A stretch of 64,000 nt of DNA, taken from NCBI GenBank assembly GCA_963767005.1, contig CAVYCN010000002.1:576001-640000 (forward strand), read 5' to 3'. How positions within the stretch are numbered: position 1 is the stretch's first letter; the number at the start of each line of letters is the position of its first letter. This DNA is from an uncultured Actinomycetes bacterium (GTDB taxonomy: Bacteria > Actinomycetota > Thermoleophilia > UBA2241). The position numbers and the translations under genes were made by a program. This document shows, piece by piece, positions 46,992 to 56,429 of the stretch. The notes under the pieces are model-generated. The model worked only from the letters and a program-made list of their open reading frames with translations, was not told where the DNA came from and made no database searches.

Positions 46992-48944
46992 TCAGGCGGC
47001 TGTGGCCTCTCGGCCGGTGGCGAGCGTCGACCTGGCCCGGGCGACCCGCACGGCGGTCTGCAGCGCTTCGATGTCGTAGACGCCGTAGTGGCGCCGGCCA
47101 TTCACGAAGAACGTGGGCGTGCCCGACACCCCGGACAGGTCGGCGCTGTCGACGTCGCGGACGATGCGAGCGACGCCGGCATGGCGGCGCAGGTCGTCGG
47201 CGAAGCGCTCCTCGTCGAGGCCGATATCGCGCGCGTAGGCCAGCAGGTCGGGCACGCGCAACCGGCCCTGATGGACGAGCAGCACGTCGTGCATGCCCCA
47301 GAAGGCGCCCTGGGCGGCGGCCGCCTCCGACGCCTCGGCGGCGAGCTGGGCCGACGGGTGGACGTCGTTCAGGGGCAGATGGCGCCAGACGTACCGTACG
47401 TCGCCCGCGTCGGCCATGAGCTCGCGCACCACCGCTTCAGCCTGGCCGCAGTACGGGCACTCGAAATCGCCGTACTCGACGAACGTGACCGGCGCGAGCC
47501 GCGGCCCCCTGATGTGGTCGTGCTCGTCGTCGACCGGGACGGCCAGGTCGACGATGGGTTCGACCGCACCCATCAGAGCCCGCAGGCGCAGCGGTCGCGG
47601 CAGCAGGGCGGTCACGCGAAACACGGTCCAGGTCGACACGGCGGCCAGCAGCGCGCCGGCCAGCACGCCGAGCTTCGCCTCCTCGAGCACCTGGCCGCGG
47701 AAGGCGAGCGCGGCGACGAGCAGCGAGACGGTGAAGCCGACGCCGGCGACAGCGCCACCGCCGGCGACCGCCGCCCACCCCACCGGCGGCCGCAGCCGGC
47801 CGCGACTCACGCGGCTCACGAGCAGCGACACGCCCAAGATGCCGGCGGGCTTGCCGACGACGTAGCCGATCACGATCCCCAGCGTGACCGGCGACGACCA
47901 GGCCCGGCCGAGAAAGCCGCCGCCGAGAGGGATGCCGGCGTTGGCCAGGGCGAACAACGGCACGATCACGTAGCTCGTCCAGGGGTGGAAGCGCTGGGCG
48001 AGGCGCTCGTTGGGCGAGATGGCCGACTCCACGCTGGTGCGTGCCTCGCGCGCGAGCTCGGGCGTCGGCTGCTCGCGGAACAGCCGGAAGCGCTCGGTCG
48101 CGCGCTCCAGATCGGGGCGCGATGCGGGGTAGGCCGACACCAGCAGACCCATGGCGAGGCCCGTCACGACCGGGTCGACGCCCGACTGCTGGAGGCCGAT
48201 CCAGGCGCCGACGGCGAGGACGGCAAACAGCGGGCCGATCCAGCGTCCGGCCAGGCGCAGCGCCAGCACGACCCCGAGCAGCGCGACGGCCCCGACCAGG
48301 GGGACCAGCGTGAGGCGCTTCGTGTACACGGTGGCGATCACGACGAGGGCGACGAGGTCGTCGACCACGACGACGGTCAGCATGAAGGCGCGCAAGCGGT
48401 CGGGGAAGCGCGGGCCGACCAGGGCCAGCGTGCCGAGCGCGAAGGCGGTGTCGGTCGACATCGCCATGCCCCAGCCGTGCCCGGCGGGGCCGCCGGCGTT
48501 GAAGGCGAGGTAGATGAACACGCCGGCGGCCATGCCCGACAGGCCGGCGAGCAGCGGCACGGCCGCCCGCCGGCGTTCGCGCAGCTCGCCCATGTCGAAC
48601 TCGCGGCGGGCCTCGAGCCCGACGACGAAGAAGAAGAACGCCATGAGGCCGCCGTTCAGCCACTGACGCAGGTCCTGAGCGAGCACGGCCGGGCCCACGC
48701 GAAGCGCGAACGTCGTGCCCCAGAGCCTGTCGTACGAGGAGCGCGCCGCGTTCACCCACACGAGCGCGGCAAGCGTGGCGGCGAGCAGGATCGCCGCGCT
48801 GCCCGTCTCTGTGCCCAGGAACTCGCGCAGCGGGGTCTCGAGGTGCCGGGCCCAGGCCGTGCCCCGAGCGGCCGGGGCCTGGCGGTCGGCGGACCGCACC
48901 TCCGGCCGACCCGACGTCCGCCTGCGTTGGGGCGCGCCGGTCAC
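46992..48944 (-). CDS. nhaA: Na+/H+ antiporter NhaA with C-terminal DsbA/thioredoxin domain
   Basis: FFFVVGLEARRE, TDTAFALG, VDDL, PLFALANAG, GFTVSL; EYGDFECPYC, GTPTFFVNG. Confidence 0.92.
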   Translation of the reverse strand: MTGAPQRRRTSGRPEVRSADRQAPAARGTAWARHLETPLREFLGTETGSAAILLAATLAALVWVNAARSSYDRLWGTTFALRVGPAVLAQDLRQWLNGGLMAFFFFVVGLEARREFDMGELRERRRAAVPLLAGLSGMAAGVFIYLAFNAGGPAGHGWGMAMSTDTAFALGTLALVGPRFPDRLRAFMLTVVVVDDLVALVVIATVYTKRLTLVPLVGAVALLGVVLALRLAGRWIGPLFAVLAVGAWIGLQQSGVDPVVTGLAMGLLVSAYPASRPDLERATERFRLFREQPTPELAREARTSVESAISPNERLAQRFHPWTSYVIVPLFALANAGIPLGGGFLGRAWSSPVTLGIVIGYVVGKPAGILGVSLLVSRVSRGRLRPPVGWAAVAGGGAVAGVGFTVSLLVAALAFRGQVLEEAKLGVLAGALLAAVSTWTVFRVTALLPRPLRLRALMGAVEPIVDLAVPVDDEHDHIRGPRLAPVTFVEYGDFECPYCGQAEAVVRELMADAGDVRYVWRHLPLNDVHPSAQLAAEASEAAAAQGAFWGMHDVLLVHQGRLRVPDLLAYARDIGLDEERFADDLRRHAGVARIVRDVDSADLSGVSGTPTFFVNGRRHYGVYDIEALQTAVRVARARSTLATGREATAA

Positions 48945-49132
48945 GGCATGCGGGTCGCGGGTATCGTCGCTCGTCGTCGTCTCGTCATCGTCGCTCGAAG
49001 GCGGTGCCGTCAGGACTGCCTTGGGCGTTCCCCGCCGGGGACGACCTCACGCTCGTCTGCCGATCGGCTCTTCTCGGCGATCGCGCGCGGGCCCGCGCGA
49101 CGGCTCGTGCTATCGTTGACACCGGCCGCCCT

Positions 49133-49642
49133 GTGGAGGACGTCATCGAGCCCGACCTGCGTTACCGCGACGCCGACTATCGCCTGGCCGACCTCGTCGT
49201 CGCCCTGCTCGCCTTCGACCGCCGCGAGTGCGGCGAGAACTCCACCTTCTCATATGTGACGACGACCGGGTCGCAAGGCGGCCACACTCCCGCCGGCGAG
49301 CACCGGCCGCGGGAGCGGGTGTCGCGCCTGCTGCGAGCCGTCGCCGACGGCGCCTGGCTGTTCCTGCCCTTCTGCGTGTTCTCCGCCGACCACGCACGCT
49401 GCGCCGACGGCGCCCGCCCCGGGCGCCGGCCCGCCTCGGAGCGGGCCGGCGCGGGCTGGCTCGGCCGGGCCCGCGCCGGCGACTGCGTCGGCGTGCTGCT
49501 GAGTCGCGAGGGCGAGTCGCTCGTGGTGCGGCCGGCCTTCAACGAGTGGCGCGGCGGCGACTCGCTGATCGCGGTCGCCGACGACCTGGCCGCGCTGGGC
49601 GCGCCCCTCCGGCGGTTCATCGACTCGTTCGCGCGGCGCTGA
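49133..49642 (+). CDS. Hypothetical protein (start GTG 49133 or ATC 49145)
   Basis: GC-biased third codon positions; upstream TGCTATCGT extended -10-like motif and GGAGGA. Confidence 0.6.
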   Translation: MEDVIEPDLRYRDADYRLADLVVALLAFDRRECGENSTFSYVTTTGSQGGHTPAGEHRPRERVSRLLRAVADGAWLFLPFCVFSADHARCADGARPGRRPASERAGAGWLGRARAGDCVGVLLSREGESLVVRPAFNEWRGGDSLIAVADDLAALGAPLRRFIDSFARR

Positions 49643-49759
49643 CGCTCGCTCAGGGGTCGGGAACCCGGTTCCCACGCTTGTGCGGAGCGGCCCGCCCTGG
49701 GCCGACCTCTCGGCGGGCGACAACGTCAACCTGAGCACCACACCACCGGACCCGAGACG

Positions 49760-49799
49760 CGACGGGAGGGCGAGCCTCCTGCGGCTCGCCCTCCCGTCG
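49760..49799. terminator. 17-bp perfect hairpin between convergent genes
   Basis: CGACGGGAGGGCGAGCC-tcctgc-GGCTCGCCCTCCCGTCG. Confidence 0.75.
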
Positions 49800-49812
49800 G
49801 CGCGGTCGGTCG

Positions 49813-49883
49813 GCGCGCCCGCCGTTGCCAGGCCCAGGGCGCTCCGTTCACAAGCGCGCCCGCCGTTGCCAGGCCCAGGGCGC
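49813..49883. repeat. 30-bp direct repeat, two copies
   Basis: GCGCGCCCGCCGTTGCCAGGCCCAGGGCGC at 49813-49842 and 49854-49883. Confidence 0.85.
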
Positions 49884-49973
49884 GCCCCCGCTTTCGTGGC
49901 GCGAGGCCGGCACGGCCTCGCGCCTGCGGTGCGCCCGCCGGTCGTCGGCCCGGGCGCGCCGCCGCCGGCCGTG

Positions 49974-50537
49974 CTAGCTTGCCATCGGCACCGTCTGCAC
50001 GACCGTGCTCTTCGTGCCGTCCCGACCGACGGCGTAGATCTCGATCTGCCCCCCCACCTCATGCGGGTCGACGACGTAGTCGATCACGATCGTGCCGCGC
50101 AACCTGGCCACGGTCAGGTCGCTCGCGGCGTACCTGTCGGCCGCGAAGCCGGGGGCGCTCGTGATCCAGATGGCGGGCGGGGTGCCGCCCGCGGGCAGCG
50201 TGTCTTTGTCGACGACGCGGTCCGAGCCGGTGCAGGGGTTGACGACATGCAGGTCGCCGCCGACCCGGCGTCCGTTGCTCAGGTCGCCTGCGAGCCACCC
50301 GCGAGCAACCGTGACGGCGCCGGTGAGCGAGGTCGGTCCGGCGTCCTGCACGTCGGCCCACGACGTCTGGACCGGCGTGGTCACGTTGCGCGCGTTGGCG
50401 ACGAGCAGCACGTCTTCGGCTTTGCTCCGCTCGCTCGCGTACACAGGACAGGCCACCACGCTGACGACGCCGAGCGCGACCACGACGATCAGCAGCTCGA
50501 GGAGGCTGAAGCCCCGCTGGTCGTGACGTCGTCTCAT
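49974..50537 (-). CDS. Type IV pilin-like / pseudopilin protein
   Basis: MRRRHDQRG|FSLLELLIVV class III signal; GGGAGGAG SD. Confidence 0.85.
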   Translation of the reverse strand: MRRRHDQRGFSLLELLIVVVALGVVSVVACPVYASERSKAEDVLLVANARNVTTPVQTSWADVQDAGPTSLTGAVTVARGWLAGDLSNGRRVGGDLHVVNPCTGSDRVVDKDTLPAGGTPPAIWITSAPGFAADRYAASDLTVARLRGTIVIDYVVDPHEVGGQIEIYAVGRDGTKSTVVQTVPMAS

Positions 50538-50676
50538 GGTCTCCTCCCAAGGCCTCGTCGTCTCTGCGTTACACAGCATCGGGCGCCGCCTTCCTGACGT
50601 CCATGGGCATCGCTCCCTATTTCCGGCTCCCGGGCAAGGGTGACGGACTCCGCGGGGGTGTGTAGAGTGCTCAAGC

Positions 50677-51555
50677 GTGAGGGTCCTGCCCGAAGCGCTC
50701 CCAGACGCCCCCCACGTCGGACCGACGCCCGTGCGTGTCGGCGGCATGGCGTTCGGCAACGGCGTGCTCATGAGGAGCGTACGGTTCTGGGCCTGGGCCC
50801 GCGACGACGGCAGCGTCCTCGACGGCCCCGTGCTCAGCCTGCTCGACCGCTACCCCCTGCTGCGCTGGCCGCTCGTACGCTCGCTCGTCGCCTTCGCCGA
50901 GATGGTCGTCTTCGCCGTGCGGCTCCACCGGCGCAACGGTCGCCGCCCGAACGGCCGGCTGCTCGCCTGGCTCGGGCTGTGCCTGGTGGCCGGCGCGTGC
51001 CTCGACGAGGCGGCCGGCGGCCTGGGCGCCGCTGGTCTGCCCGGCGAACTCGCCGTGGACATCGCCAGCGTCGCGCTCGCCCTGGCGGCGCTCCGCCTGG
51101 GCATGGGCCGCGACGTGTGGCGCTACCACGGCGCCGAGCACAAGGCGGTCAACGCCTACGAGGCCGGCGCCGACCTCTCCGACCTGGATGCCGTGGGCCG
51201 CTTCAGCCGTGTCCACGACCGCTGCGGCACCAACCTCACCGTGATCATCGTGGCGCTCTCGCTCGCCTACCTGCCGTTCGGCGCCGGGTCGGTCGGCGAG
51301 GCGCTCGGCATCGCCTACGGCCTGCTGGCAGTGGCCGTCTCGCTCGAGCTCTTCCGCCTGGTCACGCGCCGGCCGCAGCTGCTCGCCTGCCGGGCCGTGC
51401 TCCTGCCCGGCCGCGCCCTGCAACGCTGCTGCACGACGCGCGACCCGCGGCGGGACCAGCTGGCGCTCGCCTGCCTGGCCCTCGGTCGGGTCGTCGCGCT
51501 CGAACGAGGGATGGCCGTCCCTCAGATCGCCGGCGTCGGCGCGGACGACGTCTGA
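50677..51555 (+). CDS. DUF1385-family membrane protein
   Basis: GGMAFGNGVLMRS, YHGAEHKAVNAYE, RCGTN, LQ...TTR.P. Confidence 0.85.
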   Translation: MRVLPEALPDAPHVGPTPVRVGGMAFGNGVLMRSVRFWAWARDDGSVLDGPVLSLLDRYPLLRWPLVRSLVAFAEMVVFAVRLHRRNGRRPNGRLLAWLGLCLVAGACLDEAAGGLGAAGLPGELAVDIASVALALAALRLGMGRDVWRYHGAEHKAVNAYEAGADLSDLDAVGRFSRVHDRCGTNLTVIIVALSLAYLPFGAGSVGEALGIAYGLLAVAVSLELFRLVTRRPQLLACRAVLLPGRALQRCCTTRDPRRDQLALACLALGRVVALERGMAVPQIAGVGADDV

Positions 51556-51811
51556 CCGACACGGTCCGCGCGGACCATGCGGCGCCGATGGAGCGCGACG
51601 GGGGAGCTATCGACCGCCCTGAACGGTGAGGCCGCACGACCCCCTGGGAAGCGAGATTGCCAGACCCTGCCCAGGCGTCGGCGCCGGCGGGCGCCGCGCA
51701 CGTCGGCGGAGGGAGCGAGGAAGGGCGCTCCCGCCGCCGTTCCTGCGCGAACGGCGGCGCTCCCGCACGACCGGGGAACACCTTCTGCCGGACACCCGGA
51801 CCGAGGAGTCC

Positions 51812-51955
51812 ACGCTCGCCAGCCTGACCGCGCACACCACGCGCCGCTTCGCCGTGCCCGACCTGCGCCGCGCCGGCCTGCTCGTGGGCGGCATCCTGCT
51901 CATCGTCGGCTTCGGCCTCATCATCTACGCGCTGCACTTCGGCACCACCCTCTGA
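51812..51955 (+). CDS. Small single-TM protein, start codon unclear
   Basis: GAGGAG SD at 51803; reads LASLTAHTTRRFAVPDLRRAGLLVGGILLIVGFGLIIYALHFGTTL*. Confidence 0.5.
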   Translation, partial: TLASLTAHTTRRFAVPDLRRAGLLVGGILLIVGFGLIIYALHFGTTL

Positions 51956-52025
51956 GGACTCATGCCCCGCCACGCGAGACCCGGCGTGCCACGGCTACCC
52001 GGCGCGCCTGTAGTCCGAGACGAGT

Positions 52026-52736
52026 CTAGGCCAGGCCGGTCGCGGCCAGGAAGTTGGCGGCAAGGCGGTCGCAGAGCGCCGCCGAGGCCGGCAGGCGCAC
52101 GCGGCTCTCGGCGAGCAGGGTGTCGGCATCGGAGGCGGCGACCTCGCGCGCCGACCGCGCGTCCTCGCCGAACCACCCGGCGACGATCTCGAAGGTCACC
52201 TCGGGGTGGAACTGGACGCCCCACGCGGCGGCGCCGACCCGGAACACCTGCGGGTCGCCATCGCCACTCGCCGAGAGCACCGCCTGCTCGGGCAGGCGAC
52301 AGGCGTACCAGCGCCAGTGGAAGACACGCGTCGTGGGGTCGATACCGGCGAGCAGCGGATCGTCGTCCTGCACGGTGAAGGGGCGCCAGCCGAGACCCAG
52401 GCTCACGCGCCGCCTCACCCCGCCCCCGCAGGCAGCGGCGAGCTGCTGCGCGCCCAGACAGATACCGAGGGTGGGCAGGCCGGTCGCCACGGCCTCGCGC
52501 AGGAGCTCCCGCTCGGCGAGCAGGAAGGGGAACCGCTCCTCTTGGCCGACGTTCATGTCGCCGCCGAGCACGATCAGGGCGTCGTGGCCGTCGAGGTGCG
52601 CCGGCGTCGCGTCGCCGGCGCACAGGACGCGCTCGTCGAGGCGCAGGCCGGCGGCCCGCAGCGCCCGACCGAACAGACCGGCCGGCGCCGCCGGCTCGTG
52701 CTGCAGGACCAGGGCGAGCGGCGCGCGATCGCTCAC
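52026..52736 (-). CDS. Class I glutamine amidotransferase-like protein
   Basis: LIVLGG, LGICLGAQ, GVQFHPE triad. Confidence 0.9.
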   Translation of the reverse strand: MSDRAPLALVLQHEPAAPAGLFGRALRAAGLRLDERVLCAGDATPAHLDGHDALIVLGGDMNVGQEERFPFLLAERELLREAVATGLPTLGICLGAQQLAAACGGGVRRRVSLGLGWRPFTVQDDDPLLAGIDPTTRVFHWRWYACRLPEQAVLSASGDGDPQVFRVGAAAWGVQFHPEVTFEIVAGWFGEDARSAREVAASDADTLLAESRVRLPASAALCDRLAANFLAATGLA

Positions 52737-52739
52737 GGC

Positions 52740-53273
52740 CTACCTCACCCGGGTCACGAAGTCGGGCTTGCGCGGGGCCGGCTCGGGCAGCTCGCCGTCG
52801 GGATAGCCCAGGATGCAGGCCCCGACGCCGACGTAGTCGCCGACGATGCCCCACGCGCGCAAGAGGGCCTTGCCCTCGTCGGTCTCGAACATCTGCCGCT
52901 CGCGGTTGACCCAGCACGAGCCGAGACCGAGCGAGTGGGCTGCGTTGAACATGTTGCCGAGGGCCAGCGCGGCGTCTTCGACGGGCGTCGACACCGTGCG
53001 GTCGGCCAGCACGAGCACGATGGTCGGCGCCCCATAGTACGGGTCGTCGTCGCTCGGGCGCACGTCACGGTTCATGCGGCTGAGCCGCGCCCTCGTGGCG
53101 ACGTCCTGCACCACGACGAACCGCGCCGACTGGCGGTTGTTGCCGCTCGGCGCGTACATGCCGGCCCGCAGCACGGCCTCGAGCTCGTCGTCGCGGATCT
53201 GGTCCGGCCTGAAGCGCCGCACGCTCCGCCTGCCGAGCAGGGTCCCGATCGTCTCGTTCATCAGCCTGGTCAT
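52740..53273 (-). CDS. Nitroreductase family protein
   Basis: RRSVRRF, APSGNNRQ, YGAP, AAHSLGLGSCW, LGYP. Confidence 0.92.
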   Translation of the reverse strand: MTRLMNETIGTLLGRRSVRRFRPDQIRDDELEAVLRAGMYAPSGNNRQSARFVVVQDVATRARLSRMNRDVRPSDDDPYYGAPTIVLVLADRTVSTPVEDAALALGNMFNAAHSLGLGSCWVNRERQMFETDEGKALLRAWGIVGDYVGVGACILGYPDGELPEPAPRKPDFVTRVR

Positions 53274-53431
53274 GGTTTCACGATATACCCTGGCAAGATA
53301 CATCGCATCAGCCAATCTGATTGAATCTCCCGGCCGAACGGGTACACTCATGAGCACCGCCCCGGCCCGTCGCGACCGCTCCGTGCGCCGGGACGGGCAT
53401 CGCCGCAATCACGACTATCGATGAGGTGTCC

Positions 53432-53926
53432 ATGACGTCTACCGCCGCACGGGCAAGCCTGGCGAGCGACATCGCCGACAACTTGCGCCGGGTCTACGCC
53501 ACCCTTCAGCACTTCAACGTGCCGACCTGGCTCGAGCTCGACCTCACGATGGCGCAGTTCAAGGCGCTCGTCGCGGTGCAGCGCCACCCGGACACCTCGC
53601 TGTCCGAGGTCGGCCGCCGGCTGTCGATCGGCGAGTCGGCCGCGAGCCTGCTGGTCGACCAGCTCGTGCGCCGCGGCTACGTCGAGCGGGGCACCGACCC
53701 CGACGACCGCCGGCGCGTGCGCCTGAACGCAAGCGAGCACGGCCGGCGCCAGCTCGACGAGCTCCGACAAGTCAGCGGCGCGACGGTCGCGGCCTGGCTC
53801 GTCGGCCTGGCCGACGACGACCTCGAGGCGCTCGCGCGCGGGTTGCGGGCCCTGGCCGTCACGGTCGGACCGGCGGTCACCGACGACAGATCCCCACACG
53901 ACGAACGACAGGGTGTGACGGCATGA
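53432..53926 (+). CDS. MarR-family regulator
   Basis: LTMAQFKAL, LVDQLVRRGYVER..DPDDRR; GAGGT SD. Confidence 0.9.
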   Translation: MTSTAARASLASDIADNLRRVYATLQHFNVPTWLELDLTMAQFKALVAVQRHPDTSLSEVGRRLSIGESAASLLVDQLVRRGYVERGTDPDDRRRVRLNASEHGRRQLDELRQVSGATVAAWLVGLADDDLEALARGLRALAVTVGPAVTDDRSPHDERQGVTA

Positions 53927-55737
53927 CGACAGATGATCGACAGGCGACGACCTACGGCCCCGTCGCCCCGCCCGGGAGCGACGCGCGACCGCCGCGCGGC
54001 GCGGCCGGCCCGCGGCGCCACGTGGCCTACAAATGGGTCGTCCTCTCGTGCACGACCTTCGGCGTGCTCATGGCCATGATCAACGCCTCGAGCCTGCTGA
54101 TCGCTCTGCCGGCGATCTTCCGCGGCATCGGTCTGAACCCGCTCGACGCCGGCAACTTCACCTATCTCCTCTGGATCCTGATGGGCTACGGCCTGGTCGC
54201 GGCGGCCCTCGTCGTGACCGCCGGACGGATCGGCGACATGTACGGCCGCGTACGCATGTTCAAGTTCGGCTTCGTGATCTTCACGGCGGCCGCGCTCGGC
54301 CTGACGCTCATCTGGAGCAGAGGCGCGGCCGGGGCCACCGAGATCATCGCCTTCCGCATGGTCCAGGCGGTGGGCGGCTCCATGATGATGGCCAACTCGG
54401 CCGCGATCATCACCGACGCGTTCCCCCACGACCAGCGCGGCATGGCACTCGGCATCAACGGTGTGTCCATGCTGGCCGGCTCCTTCATCGGCCTGATCGC
54501 GGGCGGTGTGCTCGCGGCTGTCGATTGGCGCCTGGTCTTCGCCATCAACGTGCCGATCGGCCTGATCGGCATCCTCTGGGCCTTCTGGCAGCTCCACGAG
54601 ATCGGCGAGCGCCACCGCGCCCGCATCGACTGGGCCGGCAATCTCACCTTCGCCGCCGGCCTCGCCATGGTGCTCACCGGCATCACCTACGGGATCAAGC
54701 CTTACGGCGCCTCGAACATGGGTTGGGCGAACCCCTTCGTGATCGGCATGATCGCCGGCGGCATCGCGGTGCTCGTCGCCTTCGTCTTCGTCGAGCTGCG
54801 CATCGACCAGCCCATGTTCCATCTCGACCTGTTTCGCATCCGCGCCTTCGCCGCCGGCAACCTTGCCGTGGTGCTCTCCTCGCTCGCCCAGAGCGGCATG
54901 CAGTTCATGCTGATCATGTGGCTGCAGGGCATCTGGCTGCCGTTGCACGGCTACAGCTTCGAGCAGACTCCGCTCTGGGCCGGCATCTACATGCTGCCGC
55001 TCACCGTCGGCTTTCTCTGCGCCGGGCCACTGTCGGGCGTCCTGTCCGACCGCTACGGCGCGCGACCCTTCGCCACCGCGGGCATGCTCGTCGCCGCGGC
55101 CAGCTTCCTGCTGCTCATGACCCTGCCGGCGAACTTCGCCTACTGGACCTTCGCCGTCGTGCTCTTCTTGAACGGCATCTCGTTCGGCATGTTCGCGGCG
55201 CCCAACACGGCGGCCATCATGAACAGCGTGCCGGCCCGCGACCGCGGCGTCGCCTCGGGCATGCGGGCCACGTGCCAGATGCTCGGTCAACCCCTGTCGA
55301 TCGGCATCTTCTTCAGCCTCATGGTGGTCGGTCTCACAGCCCACGTACCGGCCGCGATGTACGCCGGCCTCACCGCCCAGCACGTGCCGGCCCAGGTCGC
55401 GACGCCGCTCTCGCACATGCCGCCCACCGGCTACCTGTTCGCCGCCTTCCTGGGCTTCAACCCGCTCAAGCAGCTCCTCGGCGTGCACGTCCTGCACCTT
55501 GTGCCGGTGGCAAGCGCCCACGTGCTCGTGAGCAAGGCCTTCTTCCCCATGCTCATCGCCAAGCCGTTCAAGGACGGCATCGTCGACGTGCTGATCTTCG
55601 CCGCCGCCATGTGCGCGGTCGCGGCCCTGGCGTCGTGGCTGCGAGGCGGCAAGTTCGTGCATCACGAGGCACTCGCCGCCCACGGCCACGAGCATCACCG
55701 CGTCGCCGAGAGCGCCGGCGAGCCCACGCAGGGCTGA
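53923..55737 (+). CDS. MFS DHA2-type efflux transporter
   Basis: GRIGDMYGR, FRMVQAVGG, GVLSDRYG; about 14 TM; ATGA overlap with marR. Confidence 0.92.
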   Translation: MTTDDRQATTYGPVAPPGSDARPPRGAAGPRRHVAYKWVVLSCTTFGVLMAMINASSLLIALPAIFRGIGLNPLDAGNFTYLLWILMGYGLVAAALVVTAGRIGDMYGRVRMFKFGFVIFTAAALGLTLIWSRGAAGATEIIAFRMVQAVGGSMMMANSAAIITDAFPHDQRGMALGINGVSMLAGSFIGLIAGGVLAAVDWRLVFAINVPIGLIGILWAFWQLHEIGERHRARIDWAGNLTFAAGLAMVLTGITYGIKPYGASNMGWANPFVIGMIAGGIAVLVAFVFVELRIDQPMFHLDLFRIRAFAAGNLAVVLSSLAQSGMQFMLIMWLQGIWLPLHGYSFEQTPLWAGIYMLPLTVGFLCAGPLSGVLSDRYGARPFATAGMLVAAASFLLLMTLPANFAYWTFAVVLFLNGISFGMFAAPNTAAIMNSVPARDRGVASGMRATCQMLGQPLSIGIFFSLMVVGLTAHVPAAMYAGLTAQHVPAQVATPLSHMPPTGYLFAAFLGFNPLKQLLGVHVLHLVPVASAHVLVSKAFFPMLIAKPFKDGIVDVLIFAAAMCAVAALASWLRGGKFVHHEALAAHGHEHHRVAESAGEPTQG

Positions 55738-55788
55738 CCCCGTCGTCGGCGCGGGCCGCCGCCCCGCCGGCACCGACACGCGACGCGC

Positions 55789-55844
55789 GGCGCCGGCGGG
55801 CGGTGGCGACCGGTGTCCACCGGTCGCCACCGCCCGCCGGCGCC
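55789..55844. terminator. 27-bp perfect inverted repeat after the MFS gene
   Basis: GGCGCCGGCGGGCGGTGGCGACCGGTG-tc-CACCGGTCGCCACCGCCCGCCGGCGCC. Confidence 0.7.
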
Positions 55845-55956
55845 TCCGGATGGTCGCCCACGGCCTCTAGACAGACGTCCCTGTCTGCGAATCTGGCAAC
55901 GGGGCAGGCTGGTTGCGAACAGAGTCCCGGATACCGAGGAGGAGGTGATCATCCAC

Positions 55957-56361
55957 ATGAAGCGTCTCGCCGCAGATCAGCGAGGGTTCACGCTGATCGA
56001 GCTCCTCATCGTCATCATCATCATCGGCATCCTCGCCGCGATCGCCATCCCGATGTTCCTGAACCAGCGCGGCAAGGCCAAGGACGCCGCCCTCAAGGAC
56101 AGCCTCCACAGCATCCAGATCGGCGTCCAGAGCTACGCGCTCGACAACAGCGATACCTACCCGCCGTCGGTCGCCACGAGTGCCACACTCGTCGACCCGA
56201 CCGGCAAGGCCTATGTCGACAACTGGCCGAAGAACCCGTTCACCAACCTGCCCATGAAGGACAGCTCGTCCCAGGGCGACTACACCTACTCCAAGCCGAC
56301 CAGCAACAGCTACCGGCTCGTCGGCCACGCCTCGAACGGCATCGACATCACGGTGCCCTGA
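55957..56361 (+). CDS. Type IV pilin / GspG-like prepilin
   Basis: MKRLAADQRG|FTLIELLIVIIIIGILAAIAIP; strong GGAGGAGGTGATC SD. Confidence 0.92.
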   Translation: MKRLAADQRGFTLIELLIVIIIIGILAAIAIPMFLNQRGKAKDAALKDSLHSIQIGVQSYALDNSDTYPPSVATSATLVDPTGKAYVDNWPKNPFTNLPMKDSSSQGDYTYSKPTSNSYRLVGHASNGIDITVP

Positions 56362-56381
56362 CCTGCAGCGACATCCCATGC

Positions 56382-56427
56382 AGACGACGAGGGGCCGGCC
56401 CCTGACGGGGCCGGCCCCTCGTCGTCT
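56382..56427. terminator. 21-bp perfect hairpin between convergent genes
   Basis: AGACGACGAGGGGCCGGCCCC-tgac-GGGGCCGGCCCCTCGTCGTCT. Confidence 0.8.
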
Positions 56428-56429
56428 CG

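Noticed and set aside
46992-48944. NhaA-thioredoxin fusion as a novelty
   Set aside because: This architecture is already common in actinobacteria
49648-49740. tRNA or tRNA-Sec gene
   Set aside because: It has an acceptor-like stem and ACCA but no GTTCRA T-loop, D-loop or anticodon arm; kept only as a candidate ncRNA
51660-51780. ZTP (pfl) riboswitch-like fragment GCCGACGCCTGGGC on the minus strand; a similar fragment near 42206-42221
   Set aside because: The complementary GACTGGCG pseudoknot strand and P2 are missing; no such motif is found upstream of purH either
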